From Candidatus Oxydemutatoraceae bacterium (GTDB lineage: Bacteria; Pseudomonadota; Gammaproteobacteria; Poriferisulfidales; Oxydemutatoraceae), in the NCBI GenBank assembly GCA_965220085.1, contig CBDCOZ010000001.1, positions 151,992 to 215,991 on the forward strand: DNA of 64,000 nt. The letters run 5' to 3'. Every line of letters begins with the position of its first letter. The stretch's first letter is position 1. Shown piece after piece: positions 52,135-62,218 of the stretch. A program made the position numbers and the translations under genes. The notes under the pieces were generated by a model. That model did not search any database, was not told the DNA's origin, and saw only the letters and a list, made by a program, of their open reading frames with translations.

Positions 52135-53021
52135 TGATGTCCGCAGTTTCCATCCAAGTCATCAAAGATTATTTTGAGGTGAGCAAGCCCGGCGTGGTCG
52201 GCTTGATGCTGTTCACGGCGCTGGTCGGGATGTTGCTTGCCGAACCGCTCGATGTGCGACCGCTGCTGGTGTTGGCAACGGTATCCGGCATCGCGTTGGT
52301 CGCGGGTTCCGCCGCCGCTATCAACCATATTGCGGATTATAAGATCGATGCCGCGATGCGCCGCACCCGCGAACGCCCGTTGCCGACCGGCAAGCTGACA
52401 AAGCGTCAGGTCTTATGGTTTGCGGCTTTTTCCGGCGGCATCGGGATGGCGATACTCATGCTGTGGGTGAACTATCTGACGGCTTTGTTGACGGTGTTGT
52501 CGTTGCTCGGTTATGCGGTTGTGTATACGCGATATCTAAAGTATGCGACGCCGCAAAACATCGTCATCGGCGGCGCCGCGGGCGCGACCCCGCCGCTGCT
52601 CGGTTGGGTGGCGGTGACGAATCAGATTGAGTTGGAAGCGTTGCTACTGTTCCTGATTATTTTTATTTGGACGCCGCCGCATTTCTGGGCGCTGGCGATA
52701 TGCCGCCGAGAGGAGTACGGCAAAGCGAATGTGCCGATGTTGCCCGTGACCCACGGCGAAGAATACACGCGGCTGCAGATACTGCTGTATATCATTTTGC
52801 TGACTGCGGTTTCAATCCTGCCGTTTGTAACGGGCATGTCGGGCGCTGTCTACCTTTTTTCGGTGTCGCTGCTCAACGCGGTCTTTTTGTATTACGGCAT
52901 CAGTCTGAAGATCACGCGGCGCATGGACCGGGCGATGGAGACCTTCCTCTTCTCCATCGTCTATCTGATGCTTTTGTTTGCCGCGCTGTTGTTGGATCGC
53001 TACATCCTGATTCTTGCGTGA
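52134..53021 (+). CDS. cyoE: Protoheme IX farnesyltransferase (heme O synthase)
   Basis: D..M.RT..RPLP, NIVIGGAAGA, WTPPHFWAL. Confidence 0.96.
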   Translation: MMSAVSIQVIKDYFEVSKPGVVGLMLFTALVGMLLAEPLDVRPLLVLATVSGIALVAGSAAAINHIADYKIDAAMRRTRERPLPTGKLTKRQVLWFAAFSGGIGMAILMLWVNYLTALLTVLSLLGYAVVYTRYLKYATPQNIVIGGAAGATPPLLGWVAVTNQIELEALLLFLIIFIWTPPHFWALAICRREEYGKANVPMLPVTHGEEYTRLQILLYIILLTAVSILPFVTGMSGAVYLFSVSLLNAVFLYYGISLKITRRMDRAMETFLFSIVYLMLLFAALLLDRYILILA

Positions 53022-53055
53022 AGCGGCTTCCCCGCAAGGCGGGCAGCGCGAGGGG

Positions 53056-53922
53056 CTACTCGTCGCCGATGCTCTCTCTGAGCTGTTCCAGCGCGCGCTT
53101 TTCGATCTGACGGATGCGCTCGGGGGATACTTTGTACTGCTTGGCGAGTTCGCCCAGAGTCTTCTTGCTGTCGCTTAGCCAGCGCACTTTTAGAATATCC
53201 CGGCTGCGCCGATCTAATTGCCGCATAGCGACCATCAGTTTTTCCTGATAGTGCTCCTGCCACTGTTCTTTCTCGATGAGTTTTGCCGGGTCTGCGGCTT
53301 GCTTCTCATCCGACAGCCATTCGGACGGCGCGAAAGCGCCCTCGTTGTCGTCGTCTGTCAGCGGATCAAAGCTGACTTCGTTGCGCCCCATGCGCTTTTC
53401 CATCTCAACGACTTCCGCGGGTTTGACGCCCAAGTCTTCGGCAATCCGCGCCACCTCTTCGGGGTTCAGCCAGCCGAATCGCTTTTTGGCGCTGCGCAGC
53501 TTAAAGAATAATTTGCGCTGCCCTTTGGTCGTTGCGACTTTGACGATGCGCCAATTCTTGATGATGAATTCGTGCATCTCCGCCCGTATCCAGTGCACGG
53601 CAAAAGAAACCAGACGGACGCCCAAGGCGGGGTTAAACCGTTTCAGCGCTTTCATCAAACCGATGTTGCCTTCCTGAATCAAATCTTCCAGAGCCAGACC
53701 GTAGCCGGCGTAACTGCGCGCGACGTGAATGACAAAGCGCAGGTTATGCAACGTCAGCTTGCGCGCCGCATTGAGGTCGTTGTGGTCGCGGTATTCGATC
53801 GCCAGCCGGCGCTCTTCTTCGGCGCTGAGCACCGGGATGCCGTAGACCGCCGTGATGTAGGCGTTGAGGTTGCCCAGCGGTACCAAAGCGGTTGCGTCTT
53901 TCTTTGTCAGTTCTTGTCCCAT
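53056..53922 (-). CDS. rpoH: RNA polymerase sigma-32 factor
   Basis: DLIQEGNIGLMKA and the RpoH box QRKLFFKLR. ATG 53922 follows GGAGG. Confidence 0.96.
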   Translation of the reverse strand: MGQELTKKDATALVPLGNLNAYITAVYGIPVLSAEEERRLAIEYRDHNDLNAARKLTLHNLRFVIHVARSYAGYGLALEDLIQEGNIGLMKALKRFNPALGVRLVSFAVHWIRAEMHEFIIKNWRIVKVATTKGQRKLFFKLRSAKKRFGWLNPEEVARIAEDLGVKPAEVVEMEKRMGRNEVSFDPLTDDDNEGAFAPSEWLSDEKQAADPAKLIEKEQWQEHYQEKLMVAMRQLDRRSRDILKVRWLSDSKKTLGELAKQYKVSPERIRQIEKRALEQLRESIGDE

Positions 53923-53955
53923 GCGCGTTGTTGCCTCCAAAAACGGAGGGTCATT

Positions 53956-55555
53956 ATACACGATTGAACTGTGCCGCTTAGCCTAAAAACAGCGCGTAAG
54001 ACGGGTTGCCCGACTCGTTGCGGTAGTTATACTCGGTGTCTTGCATCAATGACTGGAACTGTTCCAACTCGCCATCCGGAATCTGTATGCCGGCCAATAC
54101 CCGGCCAATACCCGACCATACGCCGAGCCGTGGTTGCGGTAGTGAAAGAGGCTGATATTCCATCCGCGATCGCCGATGTGTTCCAGAAACTCCATACACG
54201 ATTGAACTGTGCCGCTCAGCCTAAAAACAGCGCGTAAGACGGGTTGCCCGACTCGTTGCGGCAGTTATACTCGGTGTCTTGCATCAATGACTGGAACTGC
54301 TCCAACTCGCCGTCCGGAATCTGTATGCCGGCCAATACCCGGCCATATGCCGAGCCGTGGTTGCGGTAGTGAAAGAGGCTGATATTCCATCCGCGATCGC
54401 CGATGTGTTCCAAAAACTCCATACACGATTGAACTGTGCCGCTCAGCCTAAAAACAGCGCGTAAGACGGGTTGCCCGACTCGTTGCGGCAGTTATACTCG
54501 GTGTCTTGCATCAATGACTGGAACTGCTCCAACTCGCCGTCCGGAATCTGTATGCCGGCCAATACCCGGCCATATGCCGAGCCGTGGTTGCGGTAGTGAA
54601 AGAGGCTGATATTCCATCCGCGATCGCCGATGTGTTCCAAAAACTCCATACACGATTGAACTGTGCCGCTCAGCCTAAAAACAGCGCGTAAGACGGGTTG
54701 CCCGACTCGTTGCGGTAGTTATACTCGGTGTCTTGCATCAATGACTGGAACTGCTCCAACTCGCCGTCCGGAATCTGTATGCCGGCCAATACCCGGCCAT
54801 ATGCCGAGCCGTGGTTGCGGTAGTGAAAGAGGCTGATATTCCATCCGCGATCGCCGATGTGTTCCAGAAACTCCATACACGATTGAATTTTGCCGCTTAG
54901 CCTAAAAACAGCGCGTAAGACGGGTTGCCCGACTCGTTGCGGCAGTTATACTCGGTGTCTTGCATCAATGACTGGAACTGCTCCAACTCGCCGTCCGGAA
55001 TCTGTATGCCGGCCAATACCCGGCCATATGCCGAGCCGTGGTTGCGGTAGTGAAAGAGGCTGATATTCCATCCGCGATCGCCGATGTGTTCCAAAAACTC
55101 CATACACGATTGAATTTTGCCGCTCAGCCTAAAAACAGCGCGTAAGACGGGTTGCCCGACTCGTTGCGGCAGTTATACTCGGTGTCTTGCATCAATGACT
55201 GGAACTGCTCCAACTCGCCGTCCGGAATCTGTATGCCGGCCAATACCCGGCCATATGCCGAGCCGTGGTTGCGGTAGTGAAAGAGGCTGATATTCCATCC
55301 GCGATCGCCGATGTGTTCCAAAAACTCCATACACGATTGAATTTTGCCGCTCAGCCTAAAAACAGCGCGTAAGACGGGTTGCCCGACTCGTTGCGGTAGT
55401 TATACTCGGTGTCTTGCATCAATGACTGGAACTGCTCCAACTCGCCGTCCGGAATCTGTATGCCGGCCAATACCCGGCCATATGCCGAGCCGTGGTTGCG
55501 GTAGTGAAAGAGGCTGATATTCCATCCGCGATCGCCGATGTGTTCCAGAAACTCC
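53956..55555. repeat. 227-bp tandem repeat x7 of the ilvA 3' end and downstream spacer
   Basis: Units start at 53956 (238 bp, with an 11-bp internal duplication), 54194, 54421, 54648, 54875, 55102 and 55329. SNPs differ between copies. Confidence 0.95.
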
Positions 55556-56865
55556 AGCAGCGCGCCGGGTCTTTCGGGAAATTGGAAACGGCACAGGTGT
55601 TCGTTTGCCGCCGCGCTGTGGATATGCCCTCCGATCATATGCCGCAGGTGCAGTTTTGCCATTTCGTCATCGGAGAGGTCAAAGACTTCGTAGCCCTTGT
55701 TCTCCAGCGCTGCCGTAACGGTCGCTTTTTCTTCCGCCGCAAACTGCAAGCCGACGAACACCCGCGCCTGCGCCTGATCCGAATAACGATAATTGAATTC
55801 GGTAATCGTCCGCTTGCCGATGGCGCGACAGAACTCCAGAAAACTGCCGGGGCGTTCCGGTATCGTGACGCCCAGCAGGGACTCGTTGCCTTCGCCGATC
55901 TCATAACGCTCGACGATGTGTTTGAGGCGGTCAAAATTGATATTCGCCCCCGAGTTGATCGCAATCAGATCTTGTCCTCGCGCTTTTTTCTCTTTGACGT
56001 ATTTCTTCAACCCGGCAATGGCCAGCGCGCCGGCGGGTTCCAACAGCGTTCGGGTGTCGTCAAAATTATCTTTTATCGCGGCGCAGATTTCGTCGGTGGA
56101 TACCAGCACCGTCGCATCCACCGTATGCTTTGCAATCTTGAAAGTTTCCTCGCCGATCTTTTGCACCGCAACGCCGTCGACAAACAGCCCGACATTATCG
56201 AGCGTCGCAGGCCGGTTGTGTCGCAAAGCGGTATGCAAGGTCGGGGCATCGGCGGGCTCCACAGCGATAACCGCTGTCTCGGGCCGCGCGTGCTTGATCC
56301 AGGCGGATACCCCCGCGATCAAGCCGCCGCCGCCGACCGGCACAAAGACGGCATCCGGCGCGCCGGGGAACTGCTCGGTGATTTCTTTGCCAATCGTTCC
56401 TTGTCCCGTGATGATGTCGATGTCATCGTAAGGGTGGATGAATATCATGCCCGACTCTTGGGAAAGTTTGATCGCATATTCAAACGCCTGATCGTAGGTA
56501 TCGCCGATGCCGATAACTTCGGCCCCCATGCTTTTTACCGCATCGACTTTTATCTTCGGCGTCGTCACCGGCATGACGATGGATGCGCGGATGCCGAGTT
56601 TCTGCGCCGACATCGCGACCCCTTGCGCGTGATTGCCGGCAGAGGCCGCGATGACTCCGCGCTTTTTTTGCGAATCCGGTATTTTGATAATCTTGTTATA
56701 AGCGCCGCGAATCTTAAATGAGAAGACGGGCTGGAGATCCTCGCGTTTCAAGAACACGCGATTGTTTAAGCGCAGGCTCAAGCCGCGCGCCCGCTCCAGC
56801 GGGGTTGCGACCGCGACATCATAGACGCGCGATTCTTCTATTGCTTTGACACATTCTTGAAACAT
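55351..56865 (-). CDS. ilvA: Threonine ammonia-lyase, biosynthetic
   Basis: KREDLQPVFSFKIRGAYN, ASAGNHAQG, two C-terminal PERPG regulatory repeats. Confidence 0.97.
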   Translation of the reverse strand: MFQECVKAIEESRVYDVAVATPLERARGLSLRLNNRVFLKREDLQPVFSFKIRGAYNKIIKIPDSQKKRGVIAASAGNHAQGVAMSAQKLGIRASIVMPVTTPKIKVDAVKSMGAEVIGIGDTYDQAFEYAIKLSQESGMIFIHPYDDIDIITGQGTIGKEITEQFPGAPDAVFVPVGGGGLIAGVSAWIKHARPETAVIAVEPADAPTLHTALRHNRPATLDNVGLFVDGVAVQKIGEETFKIAKHTVDATVLVSTDEICAAIKDNFDDTRTLLEPAGALAIAGLKKYVKEKKARGQDLIAINSGANINFDRLKHIVERYEIGEGNESLLGVTIPERPGSFLEFCRAIGKRTITEFNYRYSDQAQARVFVGLQFAAEEKATVTAALENKGYEVFDLSDDEMAKLHLRHMIGGHIHSAAANEHLCRFQFPERPGALLEFLEHIGDRGWNISLFHYRNHGSAYGRVLAGIQIPDGELEQFQSLMQDTEYNYRNESGNPSYALFLG

Positions 56866-56914
56866 AACGGTTAAAATGGGCTTGTCAGACTCAACTTAAA
56901 CTAAAATATACTAG

Positions 56915-57577
56915 ATGTCCGCCGAAAAGCTAAAACACATGGCCGCAGCCGCCGCGCTTGATTATATTGAATCCGGCGCAATTGTCGGTGTCGGCACGGG
57001 CTCCACGGTCGATTTTTTCATCCGCGAGTTGGCAAAGATAAAGTCAAAAATTGACGCGGCCGTCGCCAGTTCCGTGCGGACGCAGCGGCAATTAGCCGCT
57101 CTCAATGTGCCGATAGTCGGCTTGAACGCGACCGCTGAAATCGGGGTGTATATCGACGGCGCGGATGAGGCGGACCATCGCCTGCGGATGATAAAGGGCG
57201 GCGGCGGCGCATTGACCCGCGAGAAAATCGTCGCGCAGATAAGCCGCCGCTTTGTTTGTATCGCCGACGAATCCAAATACGTCGAGCGGCTCGGGCGGTT
57301 TCCGTTGCCGATAGAAGTGATACCGATGGCGCGCGGCATGGTCGCGCGCGAAGTCACTTTGCTGCAAGGGACGCCGCGTTGGCGCGAAGGGTTTGTGACC
57401 GATAACGGCAACGAGATCATCGATGTCGCCAATCTGGATATGACAGACCCGCGCGCGCTTGAGGAAACGCTCAATCAAATACCCGGTGTCGTAACGGTCG
57501 GCCTGTTTGCCAGACGCGCGGCCGATGTGTTGCTGTTAGGCCGTCACGACGGGGTCGAGACGCTGCGGGCTCCCTGA
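56915..57577 (+). CDS. rpiA: Ribose-5-phosphate isomerase A
   Basis: GVGTGST, DGADE, KGGGGALTREK. Confidence 0.97.
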   Translation: MSAEKLKHMAAAAALDYIESGAIVGVGTGSTVDFFIRELAKIKSKIDAAVASSVRTQRQLAALNVPIVGLNATAEIGVYIDGADEADHRLRMIKGGGGALTREKIVAQISRRFVCIADESKYVERLGRFPLPIEVIPMARGMVAREVTLLQGTPRWREGFVTDNGNEIIDVANLDMTDPRALEETLNQIPGVVTVGLFARRAADVLLLGRHDGVETLRAP

Positions 57578-57642
57578 AATCATCCCCCGAGAACACACAA
57601 GGCTGCGCCGCCCATACGCGCGTATTCAAGCGACGGAAGGTA

Positions 57643-58041
57643 TCAGCGTTTTGAGTACTGGATGTCTTTGCGCGCTTTGCGCAGGCCGACTTTCTTGCGC
57701 TCTACGATGCGCGCATCGCGGGTCAGGAAGCCGTCGTCGTGCAGTGGCTTGCGCAGACTCTCATCGTATTTGACCAGCACTCTGGCGATGCCGAGCCGGA
57801 TCGCCCCCGCTTGCCCGCTGGTGCCGCCGCCTTTGACGGAGATATTGAAGTCCAGCTTGTTCATCGTATTCGTCGCTTCCAGCGGCTGGCGGATGATCAT
57901 CCGCGCTGTTTGCCGTGTGCAATATTTCTCTATGTCGCGCTTGTTGATGCGTATGCGCCCGTTGCCGAGGCTGGAGAAGACGCTGGCGACCGACCCCTTG
58001 CGGCGTCCCGTTGCGTAAAAAGTTTGTTCGTTGTCTGCCAT
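57643..58041 (-). CDS. rpsI: 30S ribosomal protein S9
   Basis: [30 protein letters not shown]. Confidence 0.97.
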   Translation of the reverse strand: MADNEQTFYATGRRKGSVASVFSSLGNGRIRINKRDIEKYCTRQTARMIIRQPLEATNTMNKLDFNISVKGGGTSGQAGAIRLGIARVLVKYDESLRKPLHDDGFLTRDARIVERKKVGLRKARKDIQYSKR

Positions 58042-58093
58042 GGTTATGTTTGCCTTTCGTTTGCTATTCGTTTGCCATTTGTTTGCTGTCCGC

Positions 58094-58522
58094 TTAGATT
58101 TCCAGAGGCTGCGGGTTTTGCGCCCGGTGTTCGTGTTCGCTGCCGGCATAGACTTTCAGGTTGCCGAACATTTTTCTGCCCAAAGGATTTTTCGGCAGCA
58201 TGTTTTTCACCGCCAACTCAATGACCCGCTCCGGATGCTTCTCTATCATTTGCGCAAAGGTCATCGTTTTTAATCCGCCCGGATAGCCGCTGTGCCGATG
58301 GTAGAGTTTGTCGCTTCGCTTGTTGCCGGTCACCGCGACTTTCTCCGCATTGATGACGATGATGCAATCGCCGGTAATCACATGCGGCGTGAATTGCGGC
58401 TTATGCTTGCCGCGCAGGCGGCGGGCAACTTCGGTCGCCAGACGCCCGAGCGGCTTATCGGTCGCATCAACCTGAAACCAGTCGGAGGGGACTTCCCCGT
58501 TTTTAGCGCTGTATGTTTTCAT
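58094..58522 (-). CDS. rplM: 50S ribosomal protein L13
   Basis: LGRLA...[21 protein letters not shown]. Confidence 0.98.
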   Translation of the reverse strand: MKTYSAKNGEVPSDWFQVDATDKPLGRLATEVARRLRGKHKPQFTPHVITGDCIIVINAEKVAVTGNKRSDKLYHRHSGYPGGLKTMTFAQMIEKHPERVIELAVKNMLPKNPLGRKMFGNLKVYAGSEHEHRAQNPQPLEI

Positions 58523-58643
58523 AATCGGTCATTCTTGTGCGCGAGGCGCCTCAAGGAAGCCGCTATGATAATCCAAATCGGCCTTTCAGACAAGCGCCTG
58601 TATGATGCCAGCACATATTGGGCGCATGGGGCAAATGCGTGTG

Positions 58644-59157
58644 GCATGGGCGCTTGCGCGCTATCCATAGCAAGGCGCGGGAGGTGCGGCCGTGAAACCC
58701 TTGCCAAGACGGGGCATACGGTATGCTCTGCCGCCAGCGGGGAGGGAGCAGGGGCGCACAAGGAATGCGGCAAGATACAAAGACATGAGCGGATGACGCG
58801 CGTTTTATGGTATAGTACGGCGTTAATCGTATATGCATGAGACATGCCATTATCAAAAGCAACAATATGAACAGTCAAATTTCCATACGCCCCCCGCATG
58901 GGCGCTTGCGCGCTATCCATAGCAAGGCGCGGGAGGTGCGGCCGTGAAACCCTTGCCAAGACGGGGCATACGGTATGCTCTGCCGCCAGCGGGGAGGGAG
59001 CAGGGGCGCACAAGGAATGCGGCAAGATACAAAGACATGAGCGGATGACGCGCGTTTTATGGTATAGTACGGCGTTAATCGTATATGCATGAGACATGCC
59101 ATTATCAAAAGCAACAATATGAACAGTCAAATTTCCATACGCCCCCCGCATGGGCGC
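58644..59157. repeat. 252-bp tandem duplication of the upstream region and leader start of the tagged gene
   Basis: Units start at 58644 and 58896. 10-bp microhomology GCATGGGCGC. Confidence 0.93.
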
Positions 59158-60009
59158 GGCGATTGTCACTTCATCCCGTCAGGCGGCAATCATCATATGA
59201 CTCCCGCGCGGCGGGAAGCAACGATGATACGGCGCAGTCTCTGCTCGCTTCTGTTGCTCGCCCTGTTTGTTGTCTGCGCTCAAGCGCAGGCGCAGACCAA
59301 CAATAGACCGGTTTCACACGGCAACACCATCTATGTGCCGGTGGGCGGCAGCTACACTTTCTCGGCGGGTGACTTCCCCTTCACCGATGCCGATGGCGCT
59401 GCCTTGCACACGGTGCAGATTTCGACCATACCTGCTAATGGCGGCATTGCTCTGGCAGGGGCTGTGCAACCACCTGTGGCATTCAATATATCGTCAAGCC
59501 TTTTAAATAACGGGTCTTTAGTCTACACACCGTCCACTAATGCCACCACAGCCATGGCGAGCTATACCAGTTTTATGTTCAATGTCTGGACTGGACCTGC
59601 TGAATCTAGCATCAGCAATGCCACCATGACCATAGATCTGGTGCAGGCCACGGCATCGCCGGCAACCGGCGCACCGACGGTAACGGCGGCATCGGGCGCC
59701 GCCTACAACGAGGATGTGGAACTGACCGCCAGCGCTACAGGCATCGCCGATGCTAACGGCATACCTACCCACACCCGCAGCTGGCAATGGCAACAGTCAG
59801 CCACCCAGGCCGGCACATACGCCGCCATAGCCGGGGCCACCGCCGCCACATTCACACCTCTGTCGGCGCATATCGGCCAATACATCCGCGTTTGCTTCAG
59901 TTTCACCGATGGCATAGGCACCCCCGAGATGCTTTGCACCACCGGTACCGGTGTGTTCAATGCTTTGCGCTTGCGGCTACGCCTCTTTCTGGAAGGCCCG
60001 TTGCGATAG
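59119..60009 (+). CDS. Exported cadherin/Ig-like protein (one A-B pair) with C-terminal LRLRLRLFLEGPLR tag
   Basis: Leader MNSQISIRPP...ATMIRRSLCSLLLLALFVVCAQAQAQ. Homologous to the repeats of 39174..42160. Start uncertain (59089, 59119 or 59224). Confidence 0.85.
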   Translation: MNSQISIRPPHGRGDCHFIPSGGNHHMTPARREATMIRRSLCSLLLLALFVVCAQAQAQTNNRPVSHGNTIYVPVGGSYTFSAGDFPFTDADGAALHTVQISTIPANGGIALAGAVQPPVAFNISSSLLNNGSLVYTPSTNATTAMASYTSFMFNVWTGPAESSISNATMTIDLVQATASPATGAPTVTAASGAAYNEDVELTASATGIADANGIPTHTRSWQWQQSATQAGTYAAIAGATAATFTPLSAHIGQYIRVCFSFTDGIGTPEMLCTTGTGVFNALRLRLRLFLEGPLR

Positions 60010-60389
60010 CGCGAGCCATCCTCGGCGCTTGCACGACACACCCCTTGGAGCTGACGAGCGCGTAGCCCGACGGCAACTGCCGCAGAACTTTCCGCCCGCA
60101 TCTGTCGCGTCGTTTTGCTTCGCGCGCCGCAGACATCCCAAACCGCAATGAACAGACTGTCTGTTATGGTTTAGCGCCAAAACACCGCGAACGAATCACA
60201 CTGCGGACTGAATCTTCAAGCGCCCGCGGCACACGATATTTGCCCCATGTGTCCAATGTGTCATGGCTCCTGCGGTTTTTGTCGGTGTCAGGAATCCGGA
60301 ATATTTCTGGCATTATGCAACGCCGGTTTGAGCCGGAAAGGGGAGATGACCGTCGCCGCCGTGCTATCCTTGTTATTGTATATACGAGC

Positions 60390-60989
60390 ATGATGGAACA
60401 AAGAGCAATATCGCAACCCGCGCGGCGGTTTATGGTTTCTGTTATCGGCGACAGCGGCACGCCCGAAGACGCGCCCAACTACCGCATTGCGCATGATATC
60501 GGTCGTCGCCTGATAGCGTCCGGCTTCCGCGTTTGCAGCGGCGGGTTGACCGGTGTCATGGCGGCCGTCTTTGCCGGCGCCCACAGCGCGCATAACTACC
60601 GCGAAGGCGATACGGTCGGCATCATTCCGACTCTGGATCGCGCTCATGCCAACGCCCGCGCCGACATCGTGATCGCTACCGGCATCGGCCACGCGCGCAA
60701 TCTGATCGTTGCCAACAGCGATGCCGTGATTGTCATCGGCGGCGGCGCGGGCACTTTGTCCGAGGCCGCTTTTGCCTGGACCAATAACCGCCTCATCGTT
60801 GCTTTGACTGCCAGCGGCGGCACTGCGGAAAAAATTGCCGACAGTGCGATTGATCATCGTGCACGCGGCGATGTAGCGGCACTGCAGAAGGTATGGGGAG
60901 CGAGCACAGCGGAGGAAGCGGTCGCTTTGATTCAACGCCACCTGCCCGAGTGCCAAATCCCACCCCACACTTTTGAATTCAGCAGCTAA
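60390..60989 (+). CDS. LOG/SLOG-family protein (TIGR00725-like)
   Basis: VSVIGD, SGGLTGVM.A, TGIGHARN, GGGAGTLSE. Confidence 0.85.
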   Translation: MMEQRAISQPARRFMVSVIGDSGTPEDAPNYRIAHDIGRRLIASGFRVCSGGLTGVMAAVFAGAHSAHNYREGDTVGIIPTLDRAHANARADIVIATGIGHARNLIVANSDAVIVIGGGAGTLSEAAFAWTNNRLIVALTASGGTAEKIADSAIDHRARGDVAALQKVWGASTAEEAVALIQRHLPECQIPPHTFEFSS

Positions 60990-61024
60990 TCGGCCTTTCG
61001 CTGAATGTAACCAACTCCCCTCAA

Positions 61025-62173
61025 TCAAGGTTTTGGTTTTGGAAGTCGTACCCAGATGGGCATGTGGTCGCTCAGGTCGTGCTCAAATTTGTCCAGCAGG
61101 GTTTTTTGTTGCGCTTTACCGAGGTCCTTGAAGGGTTTTTTGTGCAGGGCTTGTGAAAACAGGTCCACAAAATTGAAGACCCCATAGTCAAAGCCGTCCC
61201 TGGTTTTTCCGGCGGAGTCTTTGATCTTTGGGGCGGGCAGCCTTTTGTCCCGCGCCACTATGGCTATCTGGTCATATGTTTGATTCAATCTGGCATTGGA
61301 GCGAAAAACATCACTGCGTTTGGGATGTTTATCCAGAAAAGGGAAATACATGGTCGCAATATCCCCCCTCTTCCTGGACAATTTTGCATTTATGCTTTTC
61401 AGGTCTTTGTCTATATTCTTCCGATCTGTGTTCGGGTTGTTAAAGTCCAGATTCAAATCTCCCAACAGCAACATATCCCTGCAATAGGAATGCTCTGTGG
61501 CGGCCCTGTATTCCAGCCATTTTATCAATGCCTGGAATTCCATATACCGCTCGGCAGCGTATCTGCCATACAGCAGGTGCGCATTTATTGCCATGAATTC
61601 ATATGGCTTTGCCCCATCTGCGCCCTTTATGCGGAAAGTGACACAGGATGGCTGGCGGATGAAAGTCAGGAATGTCGGCAGGCGCACATATCTTGCATTG
61701 CCTGCCAATTTGGCATTTATTGCTCGTTGAATCCCGTCCCATTCTCTGAGAAGAGTGTCTATGACGCTGCTTCTGTCATAGCTGATATCGGAGGCAATTT
61801 CGGTGCGCTCCACCCTGTCCCAGCGGAACAGAAAAGCCAGCCGCTCAGCCAGCGACCTGCCACCCGGAGGCCTGCCAGTGATATCTGATGCGACCATGCC
61901 ATATTTCCTGCCCAGCATGCCCCTGAGCTTTTTGAGGCCATCCATATTGTCCTGCACCTCCTGGATTGCCAGCAGGTCAAACCGCCTGGAAATTTTGGCC
62001 AGCATTTCCCACGAACCATCACTCTTGCTGTCCTTCTTGCCAAGTTTACGGATATTGAAGCTGCCAATCACGAAAGAATTTTTACGACGTATCGGCAAGC
62101 CATGCTGGTTGGCATATTTATCGAAGTGTTCATGTATTTTCCTCCACTCTTTCTTGCTAAATGATCCGCTCAT
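61025..62173 (-). CDS. Endonuclease/exonuclease/phosphatase (DNase I-like) protein
   Basis: SFNI, AIQEV, NAHL, LGDLN, YDQI, SDHMP. Confidence 0.9.
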   Translation of the reverse strand: MSGSFSKKEWRKIHEHFDKYANQHGLPIRRKNSFVIGSFNIRKLGKKDSKSDGSWEMLAKISRRFDLLAIQEVQDNMDGLKKLRGMLGRKYGMVASDITGRPPGGRSLAERLAFLFRWDRVERTEIASDISYDRSSVIDTLLREWDGIQRAINAKLAGNARYVRLPTFLTFIRQPSCVTFRIKGADGAKPYEFMAINAHLLYGRYAAERYMEFQALIKWLEYRAATEHSYCRDMLLLGDLNLDFNNPNTDRKNIDKDLKSINAKLSRKRGDIATMYFPFLDKHPKRSDVFRSNARLNQTYDQIAIVARDKRLPAPKIKDSAGKTRDGFDYGVFNFVDLFSQALHKKPFKDLGKAQQKTLLDKFEHDLSDHMPIWVRLPKPKP

Positions 62174-62218
62174 GTTTGGTGCTCCTGAATCTACTGGTTG
62201 GCGTATTGATGGTATGTA

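Noticed and set aside
53956-55555. Regular array as a CRISPR
   Set aside because: Whole 227-bp units repeat with no unique spacers, the sequence is ilvA coding DNA, and there are no cas genes. The same applies to 23911-24721.
58048-58090. 11-bp GTTTGC repeats between rplM and rpsI
   Set aside because: Short and degenerate, with no supporting context.
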